Of a stretch of 64,000 bases of DNA, positions 9,723 through 16,374 are shown piece after piece. Numbering within the stretch: the stretch's first letter is position 1; each line of letters opens with the position of its first letter. The translations under genes were made by a program, and so were the position numbers. A model generated the notes under the pieces. The model had not been told where the DNA came from. It saw only the letters and a program-made list of their open reading frames with translations, and did no database searches. Where the stretch lies: NCBI GenBank assembly GCA_900320225.1, contig ONRL01000001.1, positions 1,325-65,324 of the forward strand, given 5' to 3'. This DNA comes from an uncultured Lentisphaerota bacterium. GTDB taxonomy: Bacteria > Verrucomicrobiota > Kiritimatiellia > RFP12 > UBA1067.

Positions 9723-12434
9723 CTAGCGAATCTCAAGCGTGAGTAGTATGGGCTGGGCGCTGGTCTGGAGGTCCACGGCCATCACGTTGCCGAAGAACCT
9801 GAACGGCACCGGCTGGCCGTTCGCCTTGACGGCGGCGGGCTTCTGCACGCGCGAGAAGAACACCTTGTACGGCGCTTTCGGCCAGGCAGCGATCTCGACG
9901 CGCGCGAGCTCGCCCGCCTGCGGCTTCCGGGCCGTGGCGCGCCCCGGCACGTGGACGAGCGTCTTGCCGCCCGCCACGGCGCGGGCCACGCGGTAGAACG
10001 GCAGACCGATGAAGTTGCTCACGTTCCCCTGCACGGTGCCCGGGTTGATCGGCGGCTCGCGGCGCACCTGTTCGACAAGCGCGAAGGAGTCCGGCAGCAG
10101 CCCCACCTTCTCGCCGTCGCTTGGCAGGTAGCTCTGGTCCACGCCGCTCGCCGTGATGCCCTTCGCGAGGTGCCGCCACAGGGCCGCCAGCCCCGCATCC
10201 GTCTCAATCTCCGCGAGGTCGACGAGCGCGGCAGAGTAGACGAGCCCGCACCACTGGACGGGCAGGCCGATCCAGTTGGGGGCCGCCCAGTTCGTCGCGC
10301 CCATGACGCCGATGGTGGCGTAGCGGCCGACGGGATTCGGCGCGTCCGTGGGCGGATCGACGAAGTAGATCATCGTCATGCCGGTGCGCGCCCAGTAGCG
10401 CGCCCGCTCAAGGTAGCGCGGATTGCCGGAGAGGAGGTAGCCGTTCACGTAGCACGCCACCAGATGGCCGGAGGCGAGGATGTCCGGCGTGTGGAGCGGC
10501 ATCTCCCACGGTTGCGCGCCGCGCGGCACGTCGTTGCCGTAGATTTCCGTGAACTTGTCGAGGACCGCGAGCGTCTCGGCGATCAGGCCCTCGTCGCCCG
10601 TCCAGAGCGCGCAACCGAGCATGCCGCTCGCCTGCATGGCCGTGTAGCCGTTGCAGTGGTCGGCGCCAAGCGTCTCGCCGTAGTCGGGCTTCTTGTCGGC
10701 GGGCTTGCGCCAGATGCGCTTGCCGCCCGCGAGCTGGCGCGCGAGGCCCTTCGCGGTGCCGCCCGCCGAAATGGCGTAGGCGATCGGGTCGCCGAACACG
10801 AGCGGCGCGGCCGGACGGCGCACGTGCGACACGCCGCCGCCCCAGCCCTTCCGCTCGACGGATTTCTCGGGCAGCGCCGCGATCATCTCGTTTGCGGCGG
10901 ACGACAGGCGCGCGGCGGATGCGGCGTCCGGCGTGGTCGCCGCCAGCCAGAGCATGAAAGCGGGCACGTCGGAGACGCGGCCCGCATGCCACCGCGAGCC
11001 AAGGGCGTGACGGCAGCCATTCGCGCCGTCGCGAATGCCGGACTCAAGCCAGCCGCGCGTGAGCACGTCGCAGGCCTTGGCGGTTTCGAGCGCGGGCGTG
11101 GGCGGAAGTCGCTTGAGCGGATAGCGCGCCGTCAGCACGTCCACCACGTCGCCGCCCGCGCCCGTCGAAAGCGTGGTCTCGACCACGCCCGACGAGAACG
11201 GCACGGAGGAGAATAGGCGCATGTCGCTCTCGCGCCGCGCCGCGCCGATGCCGGGCGCCCAGAGCGCGAAGAGGTGTCCGCCCGACTTGAACTGTCGGTC
11301 GGGCGTGTCGAAGACGGGGGCGAACGGCCATTCCGTATCCTTGGGCTGCGTCCACTCGAACGCGAACCAGCTGGAGGCGTCGGTGAGCGCCATCAGCGGG
11401 TAGCAGAACTTGTGCGCGGCGGGGATGAGGCGGTTCGCCTGCGGTCCGCGCACTTCCTTCTCGTTGGAGGAGGGTTCGTCGGCAAGGTACTCGATGCCAG
11501 GCAGGAGCGCCTGCGTTTTGTGTCCGTTCGAGGCGCGGTCGACGAAAAGGGTCATGTAGGGAACGTGATACACATGCGCGGGGCGGTCGACCGCGACGGC
11601 GGTACGTACGTTCAGAGTCGTACCTGCGGCGGCGAACGTGCGCGACCAGGTCCAGGTGCGTCCGGCGGAGTCCTTCACCGTGGCGCACGCCTCGACACGC
11701 GAACCGATCGTCTGTACCTTTGTTGCGCCTTTCTCCCAGGCGAGCGTCTCGGGCTTGCCGTCAGGCCCCTTGATCACAAACGGCTCGTTCGGGTAACCTT
11801 CCGCCCACGTCTTGCCGTTGGCGACGAAGGCGAACGCGCCCATGCGAGCGCGGTCGTGGCGCAGCTCCCAGCTGTCGCCCTTCAGGACGAACGGATCTGC
11901 GGCGAACGCCAGTGGCGGCGGGGCGGAGAATTGGGGCGTCCATTCGGCCGTTACGTACGAGGCGCGCAGGTGGCGGTACTCGACGGAGGTGAACGTCTCG
12001 GTCTTTCCGGGCGGGTCGATGCGCAGCGCCATCGCCTCAGGGCCGATGAGCCCGACGGGCAGCTCGACGGCGAACTTCGAGCAGGGCGCGGGGCCGACGG
12101 GCTCAAGGCGCGCAGCCTCCAGCTCGTTGAAATACCCCTTCTGCGGGTGCCAGAAGATCTGGAACGAGCGTGGGGCGGCGATGGGCGCGGTCTCCAGCTC
12201 GATGCGGAGGTACGCGGCGCCGGGCGGCGGCGCGGGCATCGCGTAGGTGGCGTGCGCGACGCACCAGGGGTCGACGCCCGTCACGTCGAACGAATAGCCG
12301 GTCGCGGTCTGCCGCGCGTTCGCCACGTGGTTGTGCGCCCGCCAGGGATGTCCGGCGCGCGAGAAGTCGACGAGTTCGCTCGCCATCGCGGTTCCCGCCG
12401 CGAGCGCGGCGATGCCCAGAAACAATTTTTTCAT
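9723..12434 (-). CDS. large secreted protein of unknown function
   Basis: 903-aa ORF with a signal peptide (MKKLFLGIAALAAGTAMA) and codon bias consistent with its neighbours. No family was recognised by eye. Confidence 0.6.
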   Translation of the reverse strand: MKKLFLGIAALAAGTAMASELVDFSRAGHPWRAHNHVANARQTATGYSFDVTGVDPWCVAHATYAMPAPPPGAAYLRIELETAPIAAPRSFQIFWHPQKGYFNELEAARLEPVGPAPCSKFAVELPVGLIGPEAMALRIDPPGKTETFTSVEYRHLRASYVTAEWTPQFSAPPPLAFAADPFVLKGDSWELRHDRARMGAFAFVANGKTWAEGYPNEPFVIKGPDGKPETLAWEKGATKVQTIGSRVEACATVKDSAGRTWTWSRTFAAAGTTLNVRTAVAVDRPAHVYHVPYMTLFVDRASNGHKTQALLPGIEYLADEPSSNEKEVRGPQANRLIPAAHKFCYPLMALTDASSWFAFEWTQPKDTEWPFAPVFDTPDRQFKSGGHLFALWAPGIGAARRESDMRLFSSVPFSSGVVETTLSTGAGGDVVDVLTARYPLKRLPPTPALETAKACDVLTRGWLESGIRDGANGCRHALGSRWHAGRVSDVPAFMLWLAATTPDAASAARLSSAANEMIAALPEKSVERKGWGGGVSHVRRPAAPLVFGDPIAYAISAGGTAKGLARQLAGGKRIWRKPADKKPDYGETLGADHCNGYTAMQASGMLGCALWTGDEGLIAETLAVLDKFTEIYGNDVPRGAQPWEMPLHTPDILASGHLVACYVNGYLLSGNPRYLERARYWARTGMTMIYFVDPPTDAPNPVGRYATIGVMGATNWAAPNWIGLPVQWCGLVYSAALVDLAEIETDAGLAALWRHLAKGITASGVDQSYLPSDGEKVGLLPDSFALVEQVRREPPINPGTVQGNVSNFIGLPFYRVARAVAGGKTLVHVPGRATARKPQAGELARVEIAAWPKAPYKVFFSRVQKPAAVKANGQPVPFRFFGNVMAVDLQTSAQPILLTLEIR

Positions 12435-12469
12435 CCTGTTACTCCTGATTCTTCGTTCACTTGCCGCAA

Positions 12470-12478
12470 ATTATAGCA
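12470..12478 (-). promoter_or_regulatory. extended -10 (TGCTATAAT) upstream of the 903-aa gene
   Basis: The reverse complement of 12470..12478 is TGCTATAAT, about 35 nt upstream of the ATG at 12434, with CAGGAG as the RBS. Confidence 0.4.
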
Positions 12479-12562
12479 TATTCTCCCGCTCCCTTGATCG
12501 AAAACTCATGCACAAATCCTAAGTCGACGACATCCTCAACATGGTCACTCGACACGTTCCCG

Positions 12563-12594
12563 AAAAAAACGGAAAGCCCCGAGATGGGGCTTCC
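12563..12594 (-). terminator. rho-independent terminator, probably the original terminator of tRNA-Arg now stranded at attL
   Basis: On the minus strand the sequence is GGAAGCCCC-ATCTC-GGGGCTTTCC followed by GTTTTTTTCGGG. It lies immediately downstream (minus sense) of the orphan tRNA 3' fragment. Confidence 0.6.
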
Positions 12595-12600
12595 CGCTTC

Positions 12601-12628
12601 ATTGGTGCGACTGACTGGGATCGAACCA
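12601..12628. repeat. attL core: orphan 3' fragment of tRNA-Arg (28-bp exact direct repeat)
   Basis: ATTGGTGCGACTGACTGGGATCGAACCA is identical to 57943..57970. It corresponds to the CCA, acceptor and T-arm of the tRNA-Arg gene. Confidence 0.9.
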
Positions 12629-12695
12629 AGGCCCCGGGGTTCTGGGGGTGGTTTTTCGGGGGTTTTTCGCTCATTTCCTTTATTGTTTTCCTTCT

Positions 12696-12717
12696 TTGTA
12701 TCATATTCTGTATCATA
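12696..12717 (+). repeat. candidate integrase arm-type site (P' arm), tandem GTATCATA pair
   Basis: TTGTATCATATTCTGTATCATA matches 57861..57882 at 21 of 22 positions. It lies 68 bp inside attL. Confidence 0.55.
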
Positions 12718-12732
12718 AAAACCAGCGGGGAG

Positions 12733-13026
12733 TTAGCGTGGATTCTTGACGAAGTAAAACAGACCGGCTATTGAGATTCCAACCCACGCGACTGCGAAGA
12801 CTTTTACAGCTAGCTTTGCGGACTTCGAGGCATCCTCATACCATGTCAGCCAGAGCGGACATGGGAAAGGAAAGAGCGCGGCGAAGTATGGCAAGGCGAT
12901 GATTATGCTCGACGGCATTGGGATCTTCTTGCACACCAGGACAACTAACCCGAGCACAAAGCTCCACAAAATGGCCAAAAGCCATAGTGGTAGAATAGTA
13001 TTGAGAGGGTCGTTGTCAGAACTCAT
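12733..13026 (-). CDS. small 3-TM membrane protein (moron-like, low GC)
   Basis: MSSDNDPLNTILPLWLLAILWSFVLGLVVLV... has three hydrophobic helices and visibly lower GC than the flanks. The start is set at ATG 13026, directly downstream of a TGGTATACT extended -10. Confidence 0.6.
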   Translation of the reverse strand: MSSDNDPLNTILPLWLLAILWSFVLGLVVLVCKKIPMPSSIIIALPYFAALFPFPCPLWLTWYEDASKSAKLAVKVFAVAWVGISIAGLFYFVKNPR

Positions 13027-13032
13027 GCGGAT

Positions 13033-13048
13033 AGTATACCACACCCCC
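13033..13048 (-). promoter_or_regulatory. leaderless extended -10 promoter (GGGGGTGTGGTATACT)
   Basis: The reverse complement of 13033..13048 is GGGGGTGTGGTATACT, and the -10 ends 6 nt before the ATG at 13026. It matches the block at 14098..14113 at 14 of 16 positions. Confidence 0.5.
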
Positions 13049-13083
13049 CTTCTAGGCGGATGAAAAAAAGTGGGAAAAAGTGC

Positions 13084-13112
13084 TTGAGGTGGTACACACC
13101 TTTTGATAGACT
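13084..13112 (+). promoter_or_regulatory. candidate early rightward promoter (TTGAGG -17 bp- TGaTAGACT)
   Basis: -35 TTGAGG is at 13084..13089, followed by a 17-bp spacer, TG at 13104..13105 and -10 TAGACT at 13107..13112. It lies about 45 nt upstream of the first + strand gene (13158). Confidence 0.45.
13086..13100 (+). promoter_or_regulatory. operator-like repeat copy 1 (GAGGTGGTACACACC) overlapping -35/spacer of the early promoter
   Basis: The same 15-16 bp sequence recurs at 13514..13529 and 13560..13575. It is an imperfect palindrome GGTG-GTAC-A-CACC. Confidence 0.5.
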
Positions 13113-13157
13113 ATGCGCCCGGAAGCACAAATCAGGTTTCCGCAACCCTAAGAAAGG

Positions 13158-13403
13158 ATGATTCAGATGGCCAATCAAGAGAACGGAGAAGTGAAGCAAC
13201 TCAAGCTTCGCATTCCCATGGAGCTATATGTTCAGCTCGAAATAGACGCTGCGGTTCACAACGAGCCGCCGGCCACTCGCGCACGCCATATTCTCGGCGA
13301 CCAGCTGATGAATGTGCCGTTGAGCGCTGCTGCCAAGGAGCGTGTCAAGGAACTCGTCGCACAGAACTGGGCGAAGATTCGTAAGGGGGAGGGCAACAAA
13401 TGA
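13158..13403 (+). CDS. small DNA-binding protein, ribbon-helix-helix-like
   Basis: 81 aa. KQLKLRIPMELYVQLEIDAAVHNEPPATRARHILGDQL fits a beta-strand/helix/helix RHH pattern. It is the first gene after the early promoter. Confidence 0.45.
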   Translation: MIQMANQENGEVKQLKLRIPMELYVQLEIDAAVHNEPPATRARHILGDQLMNVPLSAAAKERVKELVAQNWAKIRKGEGNK

Positions 13404-13585
13404 ATCGAGTAATCATCGTAGATGTCCCGGCGTGGATGCAGGATAAACTCGCCCAGATCGCAACAATCTGTGGCGAGAGCATCGACTATGTTGCCGCGTC
13501 TTTTTTTGCCGCAGAGGTGGTACACACCCAAGGCGCGGCAGCGGCTTCTTTTTGCCCGAGAGGTGGTACACACCCGAACGCCTAA
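13400..13585 (+). CDS. small protein, possible ribbon-helix-helix
   Basis: ATGA overlap with the previous gene. VIIVDVPAWMQDKLAQIATICGESIDYVAASFFAAE is RHH-like. Its 3' third is occupied by two operator-like repeats, so the true C-terminus is uncertain. Confidence 0.35.
   Translation: MNRVIIVDVPAWMQDKLAQIATICGESIDYVAASFFAAEVVHTQGAAAASFCPRGGTHPNA
13514..13529 (+). promoter_or_regulatory. operator-like repeat copy 2 (GAGGTGGTACACACCC)
   Basis: It is part of a ~28-bp unit TTTTTGCCGCAGAGGTGGTACACACCC that is repeated 46 bp downstream. Confidence 0.45.
13560..13575 (+). promoter_or_regulatory. operator-like repeat copy 3 (GAGGTGGTACACACCC)
   Basis: It is part of the unit TTTTTGCCCGAGAGGTGGTACACACCC. 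Confidence 0.45.
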
Positions 13586-13676
13586 CGAATGGAGGAAAAC
13601 GATGAGCTTTGAGACGGAAGACAGGTTAATGACGGCGGCGATGTTCATGTTGCTTGTCGGCGCTGCCATGGCGTTT

Positions 13677-14090
13677 CTAGGACTTGGCGTACTGGCGATC
13701 AGAGCCGCCTTCGGTGAATTCGGATCCGTCGGCAAGGCGGATGGACGCGAGGCCGTCGAATCCGCTGCCGCAGGAAAAGATCGCATGGCCGCCGGGCTGG
13801 ACGGTACGGACGGGAGCGGAATCGTCGGCCCCAGCAAGGAAATCCGGTTCAAAGGCACGTCCACCAACGCGCAACTCGATCACCGTGAAGGCGACGTGTC
13901 CGATGTTCGACACGACCACCTCGCGGTGGTAACTCCCTCGACTGATCCTGGTAGTTACGGACGCCTTCGGGATGTCCCGAAGCTCCTGCCGACGAATGGA
14001 ACGCCAGGAGAGGCAAGCCGCGATTACGGAGCCGAGGGCAGCAAGGGCTGTGCCGCCCGCCATGACCCATTGGACAAGAGAGTTTTCCAT
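13677..14090 (-). CDS. N-terminally anchored membrane protein with small beta-rich ectodomain (moron-like)
   Basis: MENSLVQWVMAGGTALAALGSVIAACLSW (TM) is followed by VVVSNIGHVAFTVIELRVGG...GGHAIFSC. The ATG at 14090 is 7 nt downstream of TGGTATAAT, within a block 14/16 identical to the promoter of the 12733..13026 gene. It competes with an antisense + ORF (13602..14123). Confidence 0.55.
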   Translation of the reverse strand: MENSLVQWVMAGGTALAALGSVIAACLSWRSIRRQELRDIPKASVTTRISRGSYHREVVVSNIGHVAFTVIELRVGGRAFEPDFLAGADDSAPVRTVQPGGHAIFSCGSGFDGLASIRLADGSEFTEGGSDRQYAKS

Positions 14091-14097
14091 GGCGGAG

Positions 14098-14113
14098 ATT
14101 ATACCACAACCCC
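14098..14113 (-). promoter_or_regulatory. leaderless extended -10 promoter (GGGGTTGTGGTATAAT)
   Basis: The reverse complement of 14098..14113 is GGGGTTGTGGTATAAT, and the -10 ends 7 nt before the ATG at 14090. Confidence 0.5.
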
Positions 14114-14139
14114 GAACGAATAGGAGGACGGTATACGGT

Positions 14140-14271
14140 ATGATGATTACGCAGAAGGAAATGAAGCGGGCGCTTGACCGGATGCAGCCGTGGAAGCTCA
14201 CCGACATGCGCAAGATGCCCAGTGGGCGGATCGTGCGGTTCGTCAACTGGAAGAAACTCGCGGGCAAGTAA
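14140..14271 (+). CDS. hypothetical small protein (43 aa)
   Basis: AGGAGG lies 12 nt upstream of the ATG at 14140, and there is a TAATG overlap with the next gene. The longer track ORF (13972..) would overlap the divergent promoter. Confidence 0.4.
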   Translation: MMITQKEMKRALDRMQPWKLTDMRKMPSGRIVRFVNWKKLAGK

Positions 14272-14672
14272 TGACGGCGAAGGAGATAAAGGAGGCGCTG
14301 GCCAGGGCAGCGCGCAAGGCATGGCCGAGAGTGGCCAAGGCCAGCGACCTCCCCTTCCCCGACTACTGGCGCAACAAGGTGGAATGGCTCACCTTCCATG
14401 CGCCGCACATCGGCGACAGGATGATGCGCGTGCTCATCGAGGATGCCGTGCGCGACGCCGTGCTCGCGGAGGCCGCAGGCAAGGAGCCCGTTTGTCCGCC
14501 GGTGCCCGCAAGCGTCAAGAAGATTTGGGAAAACCATGCCCTCGCTGGGCCGGCGAAGCCGGCGAGCCTGACCGATAGCTCAAATGTTGCCACTCGCGGT
14601 GACGGTGGGAGAGACCACGATTCAACAGCAAGCGTACGACAGCAAGTAATGGAACAAGGGAGGCTGCTGTGA
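14271..14672 (+). CDS. hypothetical protein
   Basis: 133 aa from MTAKEIKEALARAARKAW. It is translationally coupled on both sides. No family was recognised. Confidence 0.5.
   Translation: MTAKEIKEALARAARKAWPRVAKASDLPFPDYWRNKVEWLTFHAPHIGDRMMRVLIEDAVRDAVLAEAAGKEPVCPPVPASVKKIWENHALAGPAKPASLTDSSNVATRGDGGRDHDSTASVRQQVMEQGRLL
14625..14646 (+). repeat. 22-bp conserved motif copy 1 (ACAGCAAGCGTACGACAGCAAG)
   Basis: One of four near-identical copies, all on the + strand. Here it is read as T-A-S-V-R-Q-Q, 23 nt before the next gene start. Confidence 0.8.
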
Positions 14673-15046
14673 GCGAGGCGGCGAGCGAGATCTTCGGCGC
14701 GCGGGAAAGGCCCTACGACTACCGCTGGGGCACGCCCGTGCAGGTGAACGAGCAGTTCGGGATCAGCGCGGCGTCGCTCAAGGCCGCCTGGGCCCGTGGC
14801 TGGGTGCGCGCGCGTCAGGGCAACTGGGTGAGCGACGCGAAGCGCACGCAGACGATCTACTGCTTCGAGGACATCCACGGCTGGCTGGAGCGCGTCGCGC
14901 ACCGCGTGACGAAAGTCTACGCCGAGACGTTCTGGACGGACGAGACCGTGGCGGAGATGGCCGAGAAGACGCCCGACGGGCCGTACATGCGGCGGGCCAC
15001 GCTCGGTCGGAAAGACGGCTTCCCGAAACTTCCAAGGAAGGTATAG
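14669..15046 (+). CDS. helix-turn-helix DNA-binding protein (excisionase/AlpA-like pattern)
   Basis: 125 aa with a GTGA overlap start. VQVNEQFGISAASLKAAWARGWV...TIYCFEDIHGWLE resembles MerR-superfamily Xis/AlpA HTH domains. Confidence 0.4.
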   Translation: MSEAASEIFGARERPYDYRWGTPVQVNEQFGISAASLKAAWARGWVRARQGNWVSDAKRTQTIYCFEDIHGWLERVAHRVTKVYAETFWTDETVAEMAEKTPDGPYMRRATLGRKDGFPKLPRKV

Positions 15047-15048
15047 GC

Positions 15049-15249
15049 ATGAAACCACAGACACAGACAACAGAGATGACGATCCACATCAAGATCCCGG
15101 TCGGATGGTACGAGGGGCTGCGCAGGCTCGCCGACCAGGTCGAGGGCACGATCCACCAGCAGACGCGTCTCGCGATCCGCGAGCGCCTGGAGCGGACCGG
15201 CGCCGACTTTTTCGCCGGAAACGGCATGAACAACAAACTGGAGAACTAA
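15049..15249 (+). CDS. ribbon-helix-helix protein
   Basis: 66 aa. TIHIKIPVGWYEGLRRLADQVEGTIHQQTRLAIRERLE is a good strand-helix-helix pattern, and a GGAAGG RBS precedes it. Confidence 0.5.
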   Translation: MKPQTQTTEMTIHIKIPVGWYEGLRRLADQVEGTIHQQTRLAIRERLERTGADFFAGNGMNNKLEN

Positions 15250-15252
15250 ACA

Positions 15253-16371
15253 ATGAAAGCTACGATAGCAAGGAGCCTGCTCGCAGAAGCGGCCCAAGCA
15301 GTCAAGGGGCTCGTCGCGAAAGACGGGCTCAGCGCGTTCAGCAAGATCAGGCTGGACGTGAGCGGCGACGCGTCGGTGACGGGCTCGAACGGAGACATCC
15401 AGGTCGAATGGCGCATGGCCTGCGAGATCATCGACCGTGGGACGGTGACCGTGCCCGGCGCGGCGTTCGCGGCGTTCGTCGGCGCGATGCCGGAGGGCAA
15501 GGTCGAGATGGAATTGGCCAATCACAAATTGGCCATAGAAGGCAACGGAGTGAAGTTCAAGCTCGCGGCAGGCGAGGCGGCCGACTTCCCCGTGATGGCC
15601 GGTCCGAAGGAGGGCGCTAGGCTGGGTATCACCTCGACGCTCCTGTACGAGATGCTGCGAAAGGTGAAGTTCGCCGTCTCGGCGGACGATACGCGCAAGT
15701 CGCTCACGGGCGTGAACATCGCCTTTAAGGACGGGCTGCTCGGCATGACGGCGACGGACGGGCGGAGGCTCGCGCACGTGGAGAAGGATTTGGATGAGGA
15801 CGATGAGGCAGAGGCAGGCCGCCTCGGCTTCAACTTCACGCTTCCGATGAAGGCCGTGGGCACGCTGTACGGGCTACTGGAGAAGATGGCGGGGAGCGGC
15901 GACCTCGTGCAGATCGCATCGGACGGAAAGGCCGTGCGGTTCGTCGGCGACTTCTGGATCATGACGGCAAAGGTGATTGACGAGATTTATCCGAACTGGC
16001 GGAAGGTCGTGCCGGAGAAGCAACCGCACCAGGCGGAGCTGAAGCGCGCGGCGTTCCTCGCGGCGCTGGGCCGCGCGGCGCTCGCAAGCCAGGAGGTGAG
16101 CGGCGTGAAGATCACGCTGAAGAACACGAGCGCCGTGTTCGAGGCGAGGAACGAGATCACGGCGGCGAACGCGGGCACGGCGGCCTGCAAGATGGACGAG
16201 GGCGTGAAAGGCGAGTTCCGCGTGAACCCGCGCCTGATGAAGGACGCGCTGGAGTCGATCGACGAGGACGACTTCACGCTCCACTTCGACGACGGCAACG
16301 GGACGCCGATCAAGCTGACGTGCTCGCTGCCATGGGTGGCCGTGGTCATGCCATTCAGGAAGGAGGGCTGA
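15253..16371 (+). CDS. dnaN: DNA polymerase III beta sliding clamp (phage-encoded)
   Basis: 372 aa. LLAEAAQAVKGLVAKD..., LKFAVSADDTRKSLTGVNIAF and LGMTATDGRRLA are typical DnaN blocks, and the length is that of a three-domain clamp. Confidence 0.85.
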   Translation: MKATIARSLLAEAAQAVKGLVAKDGLSAFSKIRLDVSGDASVTGSNGDIQVEWRMACEIIDRGTVTVPGAAFAAFVGAMPEGKVEMELANHKLAIEGNGVKFKLAAGEAADFPVMAGPKEGARLGITSTLLYEMLRKVKFAVSADDTRKSLTGVNIAFKDGLLGMTATDGRRLAHVEKDLDEDDEAEAGRLGFNFTLPMKAVGTLYGLLEKMAGSGDLVQIASDGKAVRFVGDFWIMTAKVIDEIYPNWRKVVPEKQPHQAELKRAAFLAALGRAALASQEVSGVKITLKNTSAVFEARNEITAANAGTAACKMDEGVKGEFRVNPRLMKDALESIDEDDFTLHFDDGNGTPIKLTCSLPWVAVVMPFRKEG

Positions 16372-16374
16372 GGG

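Noticed and set aside
9951-12476. 421-aa and 400-aa + ORFs opposite the 903-aa secreted protein gene
   Set aside because: They are antisense shadows with Arg/Gly/Ala-rich translations. The minus frame has a signal peptide, an RBS and a promoter.
12461-12774. Small + ORFs (85 aa and 77 aa) spanning attL
   Set aside because: They run through the terminator hairpin, the orphan tRNA fragment and the arm-type repeats. They have no RBS and no coding-like composition.
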